From a virus, in IMG/VR virus record IMGVR_UViG_3300045007_000107, positions 1 through 64,000 of that record: DNA of 64,000 nt. One strand, given 5' to 3'. Below, piece after piece: positions 55,618 through 64,000 of the stretch. The position numbers were made by a program, and so were the translations under genes. The notes beneath the pieces were generated by a model. It saw only the letters and a list, made by a program, of their open reading frames with translations, searched no databases and had not been told where the DNA came from. The first letter of the stretch is position 1, and the number at the start of each line of letters is the position of its first letter.

Positions 55618-56481
55618 ATGGCCCTCGCTAAGAAGCTTCCTCCGAAGGTCGCGCCGAAGAAGCCGGCTCCGCTCAAGCGTTCGACCCTGGAAATTTTCGA
55701 CATTCCGGTCGATGATCTGGTCGGCCACGAGGACAACCCGAACGAGCAGGACGAAGCAACCTTCGACCAGCTTGTCGAGGGCATCCGCGCGGACGGGTTC
55801 GATGAGCCGATCCAAGTCGTTCCTATCGAGGGCGGCACGCACGCCGGCAAGTGGCAGATCTTCTCGGGTCACCACCGCGCCAAGGCTGCGAAAGTCCTCG
55901 GCCTCAAGGTCATCCCCGCTGTCGTCAAGAAGGGCTGGAACGAGGACAAGGTCAAGATCGAACTCGTGCGCCGGAACCGGCTGCGCGGCAACCTCAATTC
56001 CGAGAAGTTCACGAAGCTCTACAACGAACTCAAGACGCGTGGCTGGGACGAGTCCATGCTCAAGTTGCAGATGGGCTTCACAAAAGAGGACGCGTTCAAG
56101 AAGGTCTACAAGTCCATCGAAAAGGCGATGACGCCCTCGCAAAAGAAAAAGCTCGAAGAGAGCAAGGAGAGCATCAAGTCGGTGGACGGCCTTTCGTCCG
56201 TGCTCAACGACATCTTCAAGAACCATGGCTCCGACCTCGACCACGGCTTTGTCGTGTTCAACTTCGGGGGCAAGGAGATCCACTACATCGAGACCGACAC
56301 CTCGCTCAACAAGCAGGTCAAAGCGCTCGAAGAGGAGTGCCGCAACAAGGGCATCACCCTGGCGGACGCCTTCAAGCACCTGCTGAACCGCCCGAACTTG
56401 AGCGGCGTGAAGAAGTCCGGTACAGTCCAAGCTCCCGCGAAGGTGAAGCCCAATGCTAAGACATCGTCGGCCGCTGCGTAA
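55618..56481 (+). CDS. ParB/Srx N-terminal-domain protein
   Basis: NPN..D..FDQL..GI..GF.EPI.V, IFSGHHRAKAA, N..RG. Confidence 0.88.
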   Translation: MALAKKLPPKVAPKKPAPLKRSTLEIFDIPVDDLVGHEDNPNEQDEATFDQLVEGIRADGFDEPIQVVPIEGGTHAGKWQIFSGHHRAKAAKVLGLKVIPAVVKKGWNEDKVKIELVRRNRLRGNLNSEKFTKLYNELKTRGWDESMLKLQMGFTKEDAFKKVYKSIEKAMTPSQKKKLEESKESIKSVDGLSSVLNDIFKNHGSDLDHGFVVFNFGGKEIHYIETDTSLNKQVKALEEECRNKGITLADAFKHLLNRPNLSGVKKSGTVQAPAKVKPNAKTSSAAA

Positions 56482-57088
56482 GCTCAGCATCTCCAAGGAC
56501 ATTCGCTCCCCCTCCGAACGGCAGCGGGACGCGCAAGAACGGTACATGGTGAAGCTCGTTGTCGAGAACCCCAAGTACCAGCTTGCGCTCGCGACGCTCA
56601 AGGAGGGGGTGCCGATCATCCAGATTGCCTCCCACTTCGCGGACAATGCCTGGATCACAGTCAACGAGCGCACGTTCGCGGAGGCCCTGCGGACGTATCG
56701 TCGCCTGCACCAAGACCACATCGACAACTTCCAGCCTGACAGCATCGACAAGTACGTGGATGCGAACAGCCCGAACATCGATGTCGAGAGCGCCCTCTCT
56801 CAGATGCTCCGTCTACAGAAGGAGCGCATCGCCATCGACTACCGTCACGAAAAAGAGATGGGAAAGCTGTTCGACACCACGCACCGCGAGATCAAGACGT
56901 TCGGCGAGATCGCAGAACTCATGCTCAAGACGCAGGGCAAGGTCAGCGGGACCGGCGGACCTGTGCGGCGTTCGGGCGAGGCAACTCCGCAGGACGTGAA
57001 CGACAACCTCGCCCTGATCAAGAAGGATCAGAACACGCAGGATCGTCTTCACGGCCTCACGCGACAATTGGTTGAGGCCAAGTCATGA
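56453..57088 (+). CDS. putative terminase small subunit
   Basis: Position directly before terL (ATGA overlap); helical with HTH-like N-part; no diagnostic motif. Confidence 0.5.
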   Translation: MLRHRRPLRKLSISKDIRSPSERQRDAQERYMVKLVVENPKYQLALATLKEGVPIIQIASHFADNAWITVNERTFAEALRTYRRLHQDHIDNFQPDSIDKYVDANSPNIDVESALSQMLRLQKERIAIDYRHEKEMGKLFDTTHREIKTFGEIAELMLKTQGKVSGTGGPVRRSGEATPQDVNDNLALIKKDQNTQDRLHGLTRQLVEAKS

Positions 57089-59211
57089 TCATCATCTCCG
57101 ACAAGCCCCCGACCAAACCGCCGCTCCGTAAAGTGCCCCCGCCCAAAAGGCGGGGTCCTGTCGTTGAGGCGACCGGTCTCAGCTTGCAGCCGTCTGCACG
57201 CCCGAAGGTCAGCCCGGCCGATACCGGGTTCTCTCTGGACGAGCGCACGCAAATGGTGCTCGATCAAATCCGCGAGGAAGCGGAATTCCTAGAGGATCGG
57301 GAGACGCGCGACCTCTGGCTCGACGGCTGCAACACCTTCGAACAGACCGGTGATATCGCCTCGCTCATCCAGCTTACAGCCTACCGTCGCAGGATCGTCC
57401 CCATTGACGAGTTCATGTACGGGCGGACCTATCTCGGGCTCAAGCGCGATGAGATCTATCCCGGCGTGATCGAAGCCTGCGAGGCTATCGACACCGACCA
57501 GTTTACCGAAGTCATCCTCAAGGGCGCGTTGGGCGGCGGTAAGACGACCATCGGCAACTTCATGCTGGCGCGCAGCCTTTACAAGATCTCCTGTATGCGG
57601 CACCCGCAGTCGAGCTTCGGCATCAAGTCGGGATCGTCGCTGATCTTCACCATCCAATCGATCCGCAAGTCTACCGCGCAGAAGGCGGTGTTCGAAGAGT
57701 TCGGCGGCGTCATCAACAAGTCGCCCTACTTCAAGCGGACCTACCCGTACGATCCGCTGATCACGTCGAGCATGATCTTCCGTGAGCAGAACGTGACAAT
57801 CATGCCGGTCGCAACCTCGACCACGGGCGCCATTTCGATGAACGTCATCGGCGGCATCTTGGACGAGGTGAACTTCATGCAGAAGATCCTCAAGTCCACG
57901 TCGCAGCACGCCGACGACCAGGGCGCGTTCGATCAGGCGAAACAGATCTACCAGAACATCGCCCGCCGCCGTAAGTCCCGCTTCGCCAAGCACGGCAAGC
58001 TGCCGGGCATCCTGTTCCTGATCTCGTCCTCGCGCTTCCCCGACGACTTCACCGAGAAGAAAGCGGCCGAAGCTGCAATGTGCGGCGGCACCGACCCGAC
58101 CATCTATGTTTATTCGAAGGCGGTGTGGGAGTCCAAGGGTCGCGACAACTTCCTGCCTGAGAACTTCCGGGTGCAGGTTGGTAACGCCTCGCTGCGGTCC
58201 AAGATCCTCGAAGAGGGCGAAGCCTGCGATCCCGAGTGCCAGGAGCTTCACGTTCCGCTCGACTTCCTCGATGAGTTTAAGGACGATCTGGACGGGTGTA
58301 TTCGCGACTTCGCGGGCGTGTCTACGCTGTCTACCAATCCGTTCTTTACGAACCGCGACCGCATCAACGAGTGCATGAAGCTGGGAGCCGAGCATGGGTA
58401 CCAGAGCCCCTTCGACCTGGAAACATACGACTTCTCCCTTGGGATACCGCACCCCAATGTACACCGACTGCGAGCAGACATTGATGCTCCTCGCACAGTT
58501 CACATCGATCTCGGCCTTAAGCGGGATGCTTGTGGGATCACTATTGCTCACCTTGCCGGCCAGAAGCTTGTTAAGAGAGTGGACCCCGTAAACGGCTACG
58601 AGGAGAGCCACCTGCTGCCGGTCATCGGCGTGGATTGCTCTCTTCGTGTTGTGCCGCCGAAGGGCGGGGAGATCCAGTTCGCGCATATCCGCAGCTTCAT
58701 CCTCATGATGCGGGATCGTTACAAGATACCGATCAAGTGGGTCACGACGGACGGCTTCCAGAGCGTGGACACCCGCCAGATCCTCAAGACACAGGGGTTC
58801 CTTACCGACTACCGATCGGTCGAAGACTTGGAGTCCTATCGCAGCCTGCGCGACACGATCTATGAGCAACGGCTGTTGCTGCCGAACAATGAATTCCTCA
58901 AGCAGGAGTTGGCCGGTCTTGAGTACAAGCGAACTCCCACTAAAGATAAGATCGATCACCGTGCTAATGGCACTAAGGATATGGCTGACGGCCTCTGCGG
59001 CGCTGTTGCATTTCTGCTGGAAAGGAAAGCTGCCTGGATCGGGCTAGGTCCGGTGCCGCAGCGACACCCGATGCAGGGGCACAACAATCCGCCCTCAGAC
59101 ACCGAGGTCGCACGCGACAACGCCCATCTCGCCGGCACCCAAGCCCAGGGGACTGTACGGCGTGCAACCATGCGAAAATCGGTATTTAGGCGACGTTCCG
59201 TGCGCAAATAG
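57085..59211 (+). CDS. terL: terminase large subunit
   Basis: GALGGGKT, ILDEVNF, ISS, HIDLG..D, DGFQS, KIDH...KDMADG. Confidence 0.93.
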   Translation: MIIISDKPPTKPPLRKVPPPKRRGPVVEATGLSLQPSARPKVSPADTGFSLDERTQMVLDQIREEAEFLEDRETRDLWLDGCNTFEQTGDIASLIQLTAYRRRIVPIDEFMYGRTYLGLKRDEIYPGVIEACEAIDTDQFTEVILKGALGGGKTTIGNFMLARSLYKISCMRHPQSSFGIKSGSSLIFTIQSIRKSTAQKAVFEEFGGVINKSPYFKRTYPYDPLITSSMIFREQNVTIMPVATSTTGAISMNVIGGILDEVNFMQKILKSTSQHADDQGAFDQAKQIYQNIARRRKSRFAKHGKLPGILFLISSSRFPDDFTEKKAAEAAMCGGTDPTIYVYSKAVWESKGRDNFLPENFRVQVGNASLRSKILEEGEACDPECQELHVPLDFLDEFKDDLDGCIRDFAGVSTLSTNPFFTNRDRINECMKLGAEHGYQSPFDLETYDFSLGIPHPNVHRLRADIDAPRTVHIDLGLKRDACGITIAHLAGQKLVKRVDPVNGYEESHLLPVIGVDCSLRVVPPKGGEIQFAHIRSFILMMRDRYKIPIKWVTTDGFQSVDTRQILKTQGFLTDYRSVEDLESYRSLRDTIYEQRLLLPNNEFLKQELAGLEYKRTPTKDKIDHRANGTKDMADGLCGAVAFLLERKAAWIGLGPVPQRHPMQGHNNPPSDTEVARDNAHLAGTQAQGTVRRATMRKSVFRRRSVRK

Positions 59212-59242
59212 CTTGTACAAATAAAGTCCTCTATGCTATAAT

Positions 59243-59280
59243 AGCCCCTGCCAGCAACAGCTTGCGGGGGCTTCTTTTAT
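59243..59280 (+). terminator. terminator overlapping a promoter (TTGTAC-N18-TATAAT, 59213-59242)
   Basis: GCCCCTGC...GCGGGGGC-TTCTTTTAT. Confidence 0.65.
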
Positions 59281-59310
59281 CGCCTCGCGAGTGACTTAGG
59301 GGCCGGTCTA

Positions 59311-59958
59311 ATGGTTCTACGCAAACTACCCGTGCAGCCGTCTGCACGACTTACGGAGTTCGAACTTTGCCCCACCCCTTACATGATCGGTTCGGACGAT
59401 CCGAGCGTTATCTGGCGGGAGGCCGTCCACGGTCTCTTCGCTCACCTCTGCCGCTACTTCGAACCTGACAAAACCTACGGTGAATTCGAGGTCGCTCAAC
59501 GTCTCGACGTTCACCGCATCATCGCCGACGAATGGCTTACGGCGATGGTTCGGCTCGAATTGATCGAACCTATACCGGTCAAGCATCGCGTCGATCCGTT
59601 CATGCAGTGCCTCGCCTTCCGTATCCCCAAGGCGCAGCATGTCGGCAAGAAAATCAGGGTCGAGATCGAATACGGGGACCTACGCGAGTACGACCCGTGG
59701 ACGGATCGGCAGTACGACGATCAGCTAGTCGAGGCACACTGGCCGGAGCGCTACTGCGACAAGTATTTCAACGCACACCATCATGAGTATTACCTGATCA
59801 CAGGGCGGTCGCGTAAACGCCCTGACGGAACCATCTTCGTGCCTTTGCCGGCGGATAGGGCGGGGCTTCCTCCCCTCCGTACGCGCAAGGACCCCGTTAA
59901 ACCCGAAGAGAGACAGGTCTATGCCAAAGCAAACAGCCTCGACCTCTCGGAATACTAG
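59311..59958 (+). CDS. hypothetical protein (winged-helix-like N-part)
   Basis: EVAQRLDV....EWL..M..LELI. Confidence 0.65.
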   Translation: MVLRKLPVQPSARLTEFELCPTPYMIGSDDPSVIWREAVHGLFAHLCRYFEPDKTYGEFEVAQRLDVHRIIADEWLTAMVRLELIEPIPVKHRVDPFMQCLAFRIPKAQHVGKKIRVEIEYGDLREYDPWTDRQYDDQLVEAHWPERYCDKYFNAHHHEYYLITGRSRKRPDGTIFVPLPADRAGLPPLRTRKDPVKPEERQVYAKANSLDLSEY

Positions 59959-60072
59959 GTTTCCGTTGTTGCGTACGATCCTCCTGGGTCTGCTATGCGC
60001 TGCTCTGGTAATCGGTGCGTTCTGGATTGGTACGAGTATCTATCTCTGGTACTTGCTGTCGTTGGTCGTGCC

Positions 60073-60648
60073 ATGATGGAAGCCCTACAATCCATCATCG
60101 ATCCTGCCACGGGCTACAGTTTGGTGATATGGGCTGTCGCCTCTGCGCTGATAGTTATTCATGCAATCTGGAAGTTCGTCCGTAACTGTATGCTCGCGCG
60201 GCGGGAGCGGGCAAGGGAGGAAGAGGAGGTCCGCGTCCGCACCCGAAACCGGATGCGTCGGCAGCTAGAGGTAGAAAGCCTTGAGCGTGCGCTCGCTTCG
60301 GGGCCTTCGTCTGTGCATACAGGGATCGAACCTCCGCTAGACCCACCGTTAGGGACAAGTTGGGTCGATCCACGGACGGGCTACCTGTTCGTACACGTGC
60401 GTCCTCGCTTCTGGCGGTCTGTTTCGGGCCAAACCGAGGACTTCTACGACCGGCGCCCACCCGAAGGGTTCCCGAGAGTGAGCGTAGCCTCCGAACTAGC
60501 GCGCATCACCACAAGGCCCAAGCCCTTGCAGCCGGCTGCAAGCAAAGTCGAGGAACCGTTCTCGCTCAAGCGGCGAGTACGCATCAAAGCACCTACAACG
60601 CTGAAACGCAATGCGATACCCTTACGGAAACTTCGGATGCCCGACTAA
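60073..60648 (+). CDS. membrane-anchored protein
   Basis: N-terminal TM helix; PP.DPPLG.SW.D motif. Confidence 0.65.
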   Translation: MMEALQSIIDPATGYSLVIWAVASALIVIHAIWKFVRNCMLARRERAREEEEVRVRTRNRMRRQLEVESLERALASGPSSVHTGIEPPLDPPLGTSWVDPRTGYLFVHVRPRFWRSVSGQTEDFYDRRPPEGFPRVSVASELARITTRPKPLQPAASKVEEPFSLKRRVRIKAPTTLKRNAIPLRKLRMPD

Positions 60649-60953
60649 TGGCGATAGCCCAGCGCAAGCGACTTCCCGACGTGCGAGAGTACGTCAAAGC
60701 CGGCGTCAAGCCGCACCAGCTACCGGGGCTCCTCGCCGAGTATTCGATGGATGAGTACCTCAACTTCTGCCAGCGGTTCCGGCTCTGGTTTCCCGACAAT
60801 CTGGAATACTACATCCGGTCCACGTACGGACTAATGGAATACCTCAAGAAGCACGACCGTCTCGACGCCGAAGAGAAAACCTACTGGCTCGGGCGGATCG
60901 TGTCATACAAGCGGATGCTTTGGAGAGTACGTAATGGCCTTGACCCATACTGA
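60648..60953 (+). CDS. hypothetical protein
   Basis: Coupled TAATG. Confidence 0.7.
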   Translation: MAIAQRKRLPDVREYVKAGVKPHQLPGLLAEYSMDEYLNFCQRFRLWFPDNLEYYIRSTYGLMEYLKKHDRLDAEEKTYWLGRIVSYKRMLWRVRNGLDPY

Positions 60954-61482
60954 CCTACGGTCGGATGCCTTGCTCAAGGAACAGGGCTTTACCGCCGAAG
61001 ACATCGAGTTTATGCACGAACTGGCACAAGCCTACTGGACCTATCTTGTCGAGTACGACGAAGCCGAACAAAAGCGGGATTGGGACGCGCACAACCGGCT
61101 TGAGGGCGTCATCCAAGTGACCGAGTTCCAGCTTCTTTATCGCGGGCTCCACCCTCGCGAGATTCCCTTCGACGCACTTGTCGCGATCACCCGTGCTCCC
61201 CTGGACGGTCGCGGCGACGTAGCGGACCAGATCACCGCCAAGTACAAAGAACGCATCCACAACCCCGCGACCGCGATGCGGGCGAACTGCGTGGTTTGCA
61301 TGGGCGGCTCAACCGCTGAAATTCGACGCTGTGGCGCGGTCAACTGCCCGCAGTGGCCTTTCCGCCTCGGAACTAACCCTCTCCGTAATGCCATACTGCC
61401 GCCTGTAGCACTCACGGTCATTGAGGACGACGACGTTCTCGATATCGATGAGTCCACGGACAGCGGCGACGCAAGCGAGTAA
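60934..61482 (+). CDS. Cys4 protein (CxxC..C..CP.W.FR.GTNP)
   Basis: AMRANCVVCMGG..EIRRC...NCPQWPFRLGTNP. Confidence 0.75.
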   Translation: MALTHTDLRSDALLKEQGFTAEDIEFMHELAQAYWTYLVEYDEAEQKRDWDAHNRLEGVIQVTEFQLLYRGLHPREIPFDALVAITRAPLDGRGDVADQITAKYKERIHNPATAMRANCVVCMGGSTAEIRRCGAVNCPQWPFRLGTNPLRNAILPPVALTVIEDDDVLDIDESTDSGDASE

Positions 61483-61875
61483 GTGATGCCTATTCAACGT
61501 CGCACCGTCGATCCGAACGCTATACCTGTCGTCGTCGCCAAGAAGGAATACACCCCCGATTCAAAGGCGCGGCTGCGGCATGTGCCGAAGCAGAACCTCC
61601 GTACCGCCGCCTTTGTCGGACTCGGTGCGAACGAGGAACCAAAGCTGATCTCGATTGACGACATCGCGACCTGTCTGCGCCTCGCCAACAACCCCGGCTG
61701 GCACACCGAGGAAGCCACGCGTAATCGGATCAAAGGGCGCTTGAGCGCGATCCGTGCTTTCTGTATCCTTTGTGCTGACGGCCCGAAGGGTGCGCGCATG
61801 TGCCCGCAAGTTACCTGCCCCCTGTGGGCCTTCCGAATGGGGACCAACCCCTTCCATCGCAAAGGCAAGAAGTAA
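61483..61875 (+). CDS. Cys4 protein, paralogue of preceding gene
   Basis: AIRAFCILC..G...MC..TCPLWAFRMGTNP. Confidence 0.75.
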   Translation: MMPIQRRTVDPNAIPVVVAKKEYTPDSKARLRHVPKQNLRTAAFVGLGANEEPKLISIDDIATCLRLANNPGWHTEEATRNRIKGRLSAIRAFCILCADGPKGARMCPQVTCPLWAFRMGTNPFHRKGKK

Positions 61876-62069
61876 TGACGCTCCCCGGCTACAAGCACAC
61901 CGGCATCTGCTCGACCTACGAAAGGCTGATCACGATGTACGGGCACCAGAAGTTCCCGCAAAACCCCGATGATGGCACGCGTGTGGACGACCATCACGGC
62001 GTCTGGATCTACAGCGAGGCCGAGGGGGTGTGGTGGTACTTCGAGCCGAAAACGAAGGAAGCAGCGTAA
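61875..62069 (+). CDS. small hypothetical protein
   Basis: Coupled TAATG at both ends. Confidence 0.6.
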   Translation: MTLPGYKHTGICSTYERLITMYGHQKFPQNPDDGTRVDDHHGVWIYSEAEGVWWYFEPKTKEAA

Positions 62070-62359
62070 TGGCGCAATACGAAGACGATATCGAGTTCTG
62101 GCGGGAGCACGCCATCCCGCAATTCGCCGTAGCTCAAGAGATGTGTCGGCAAGGCTCGTGGAAAATCGAGCACGATACGGGCAAGCTCCAATACGACCTG
62201 CTCTATGGCGGTGATTTGATCTATCCTGGCTACATGGTTATGATCATCGAGAGGGGCGGGATCACCCGTACCGGTATGATCGTCAAGCGGCAACACCTGG
62301 GCGGGGACGTGTGGCGGTTCTACGTGGACTTGCCTCCGCTGGATAATAAAGACGGATAG
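62069..62359 (+). CDS. hypothetical protein
   Basis: RBS AAGGA, coupled. Confidence 0.65.
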   Translation: MAQYEDDIEFWREHAIPQFAVAQEMCRQGSWKIEHDTGKLQYDLLYGGDLIYPGYMVMIIERGGITRTGMIVKRQHLGGDVWRFYVDLPPLDNKDG

Positions 62360-62415
62360 GTTCACTTGCAGCCGTCTGCAAACTACGATGGTTCCCGGAT
62401 TTCCTGGGGATCATC

Positions 62416-64000
62416 ATGCCGCTCCGCAAACTGCATCCAACCAAGCAAGTAAAGGCTGCACGCCGCGCCGGTCGCGTGAGCAATGCCCGCCTTATCGAGG
62501 TCGAGCGCAAGGGCGTTACCGCCCCGTTCGATGAGTTCATCGAGAAGGCCGCCGACCTGAATTCGCAACAGGTCTCCGACCCCTTCACAAGCTGGTACGG
62601 CCACAACACGGCCGGTCTCAACCTGAACCCGGTACAGCCGGTGTTCTCGTTCGACCGCCTCGCGTTCATGGTCACGCAGTCGAACATCCTGCGTCAGTGC
62701 ATCGAGGCGTACGTCGTTAACATCGAGTCCTACGGTCATACGCTCGAATATATCGGGCCGGAGGGCCAAGAGGACAGCGAGGACGCCAAGAGCGAGAAGG
62801 CGCGGCTCGAAGCGTTCCTGTCCTCGTGCTCGGCCACCTCCTCCCTACGCGAGATGCGCGAGCGCGCCCGCTGGGATCAAGAGACCCTAGGCAACAAAGC
62901 ATTCGAGATCGGCCGCAACCTCACCGACGAGGTTGTGATGATGGAGCACGTGCCGTTCAACACCCTGCGGCGTACCAAGCAGGAAGAGGACGCTATCGAA
63001 GTCGTCGTCTCGGTGCCGAACCCGGCCGATCCTTCCGAGATGGTCACGCGCATCGTGCGTCGTCGCTTCTGCCGCTGGGTGCAGACGAAGAACGGCGGAA
63101 CCGAAAAGGTCTACTTCAAGGAATTCGGCGACCCGCGCCCCATCGATCCGAAGACCGGCCTCGTGAACCCCGGCCTCCCCTTCGAGCGGCAGGCGACGGA
63201 GATCCTCGCGTTCTCGCTCTACACGCCGGGATCGTTCTACGGTCTCCCGCGCTGGATCGGACAGATCAAGTCGATCATGGGTTCGTCCGAGAGCGAGTTG
63301 GTCAACCTCAACTTCTTCAAGGACAACGCGATCCCCGCGATGGCTGTGCTCGTTTCGGGCGGCGCGCTCACGCAGGAAAGCTTCGACGTGATCGAGAGCT
63401 ACCTTACCGCCGTGACCGGCGTGAAGGCGATGCAGCGCATCATGGTGCTTGAGGCGACGGCCGACGAGAGTAGCGGATCGGTGGATCACGCGACTGCCGC
63501 CCCGAAGATCGACATGAAGCCGATGATCAGTGAGCGGCAGCAGGACGGTCTCTTTCAGGACTACGACCAGAAGAACCAGGGCAAGGTCCGTTCGGCCTTC
63601 CGTCTGCCGCCGATCTATACCGGACGCGCCGAGGACTACACCCGCGCGTCCGCGTACGCATCGATGTTGACTGCGGAGAACCAGATCTTCATCCCTGAGC
63701 GTCAAGCGTTCGATGACATCATGAACACGCGCATCCTGCGCACCTACAATCCGAGGTTCTGGCGCTACAAGTCCAACGGCGCCCCGATCACCGACAGCGA
63801 CAGCCTGTCGAAGATGATGTCTTCGTTCGAAGCCTCGGGCGCTCTCACCCCGAATGTGGCGATCAAGATCGCGAACAAGGTGCTCGGCGTGGACATCAAG
63901 CCCGTGGTCGAGTCGTGGGGCGACTACCCCTTCGCGATCATCGAAGGCTACATCCAGCAGGGTCGCGAGATCGACGGTCTCAACGAATTCCTTGTCGAGA
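62416..64000 (+). CDS. portal protein (PBSX/P2-like), 3'-truncated by window
   Basis: Hand translation MPLRKLHP...TLGNKAFEI...YGLPRWIG...NLNFFKDNAIP...FRLPPI; downstream of terL; absent from ORF track because no stop in window. Confidence 0.9.
   Translation, partial: MPLRKLHPTKQVKAARRAGRVSNARLIEVERKGVTAPFDEFIEKAADLNSQQVSDPFTSWYGHNTAGLNLNPVQPVFSFDRLAFMVTQSNILRQCIEAYVVNIESYGHTLEYIGPEGQEDSEDAKSEKARLEAFLSSCSATSSLREMRERARWDQETLGNKAFEIGRNLTDEVVMMEHVPFNTLRRTKQEEDAIEVVVSVPNPADPSEMVTRIVRRRFCRWVQTKNGGTEKVYFKEFGDPRPIDPKTGLVNPGLPFERQATEILAFSLYTPGSFYGLPRWIGQIKSIMGSSESELVNLNFFKDNAIPAMAVLVSGGALTQESFDVIESYLTAVTGVKAMQRIMVLEATADESSGSVDHATAAPKIDMKPMISERQQDGLFQDYDQKNQGKVRSAFRLPPIYTGRAEDYTRASAYASMLTAENQIFIPERQAFDDIMNTRILRTYNPRFWRYKSNGAPITDSDSLSKMMSSFEASGALTPNVAIKIANKVLGVDIKPVVESWGDYPFAIIEGYIQQGREIDGLNEFLVE

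Larger units (their letters stand above)
183..62380. repeat. dispersed 16-bp palindrome KTGCAGMYRKCTGCAM, 49 copies
   Basis: 14-bp core starts: 183,1288,2396,2823,5465,6307,8777,9970,11785,12727,15195,16660,18136,19994,20669,22414,23776,25165,25956,27314,29045,29649,30506,31761,33162,34047,35358,37552,38269,38505,39173,40166,40676,42524,43074,44369,46210,47792,48890,49634,50572,51759,52387,53758,55420,57185,59333,60527,62367. Confidence 0.97.

Noticed and set aside
57289-58959. Long minus-strand ORFs (also 16775-17998, 55510-56778, 11847-12638, 62887-63705)
   Set aside because: Antisense shadows of strongly C/G-biased + strand genes with recognisable motifs
2785-59211. Inteins, introns or stop-codon recoding in core genes
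   Set aside because: PolA, DnaB, RecA and TerL are uninterrupted and of normal length; TAG, TAA and TGA all end genes
183-62380. LQPSA/VQPSA as a conserved protein motif
   Set aside because: The same DNA occurs intergenically and in other frames and orientations; the peptide is a by-product
183-62380. Palindrome as a MITE/REP mobile element
   Set aside because: Only 16 bp, no shared flanks or target duplications, mostly solitary and evenly spaced, no transposase in window; not fully excluded without the host genome

Overview
64 kb of a large, GC-rich dsDNA tailed-phage genome; almost every real gene is on the + strand. An alphaproteobacterial host is inferred from promoter style, GcrA-like HTH proteins and a GHNNPP motif. 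Layout: (1) 1-21.3 kb replication/recombination: DnaC-like loader, DnaB, PolA with a UDG-like N-domain, primase, SSB, SF2 helicase, RecA, HNH, Hjc-like, Cas4-like, RuvC, RarA-C protein. (2) 21.3-41.6 kb early/accessory region of small ORFs with a candidate terminus/origin at about 37.5-41.6 kb. (3) 41.6-55.5 kb small membrane proteins, HTH proteins, MazG, DNA methyltransferase, SLOG proteins, glycosyltransferase. (4) 55.6-64 kb ParB-like protein, terminase and portal (runs off the window). No tRNA, integrase, reverse transcriptase or CRISPR array was seen. Main unexplained signals: a 16-bp palindrome (KTGCAGMYRKCTGCAM) present 49 times at unusually even ~1.3 kb spacing, inside and between genes; a shared N-terminal peptide tag (MxRx[IL][RK]xIG) on 15 otherwise unrelated proteins, many carrying a repeated 4-Cys domain; a ~550-nt ORF-free structured transcription unit; a covarying GUGCG-pentaloop hairpin at the 5' end of nine early transcripts; and an octamer (TGTAATAC) clustered around an 18-bp repeat array. 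All counts and coordinates are manual and need computational confirmation.
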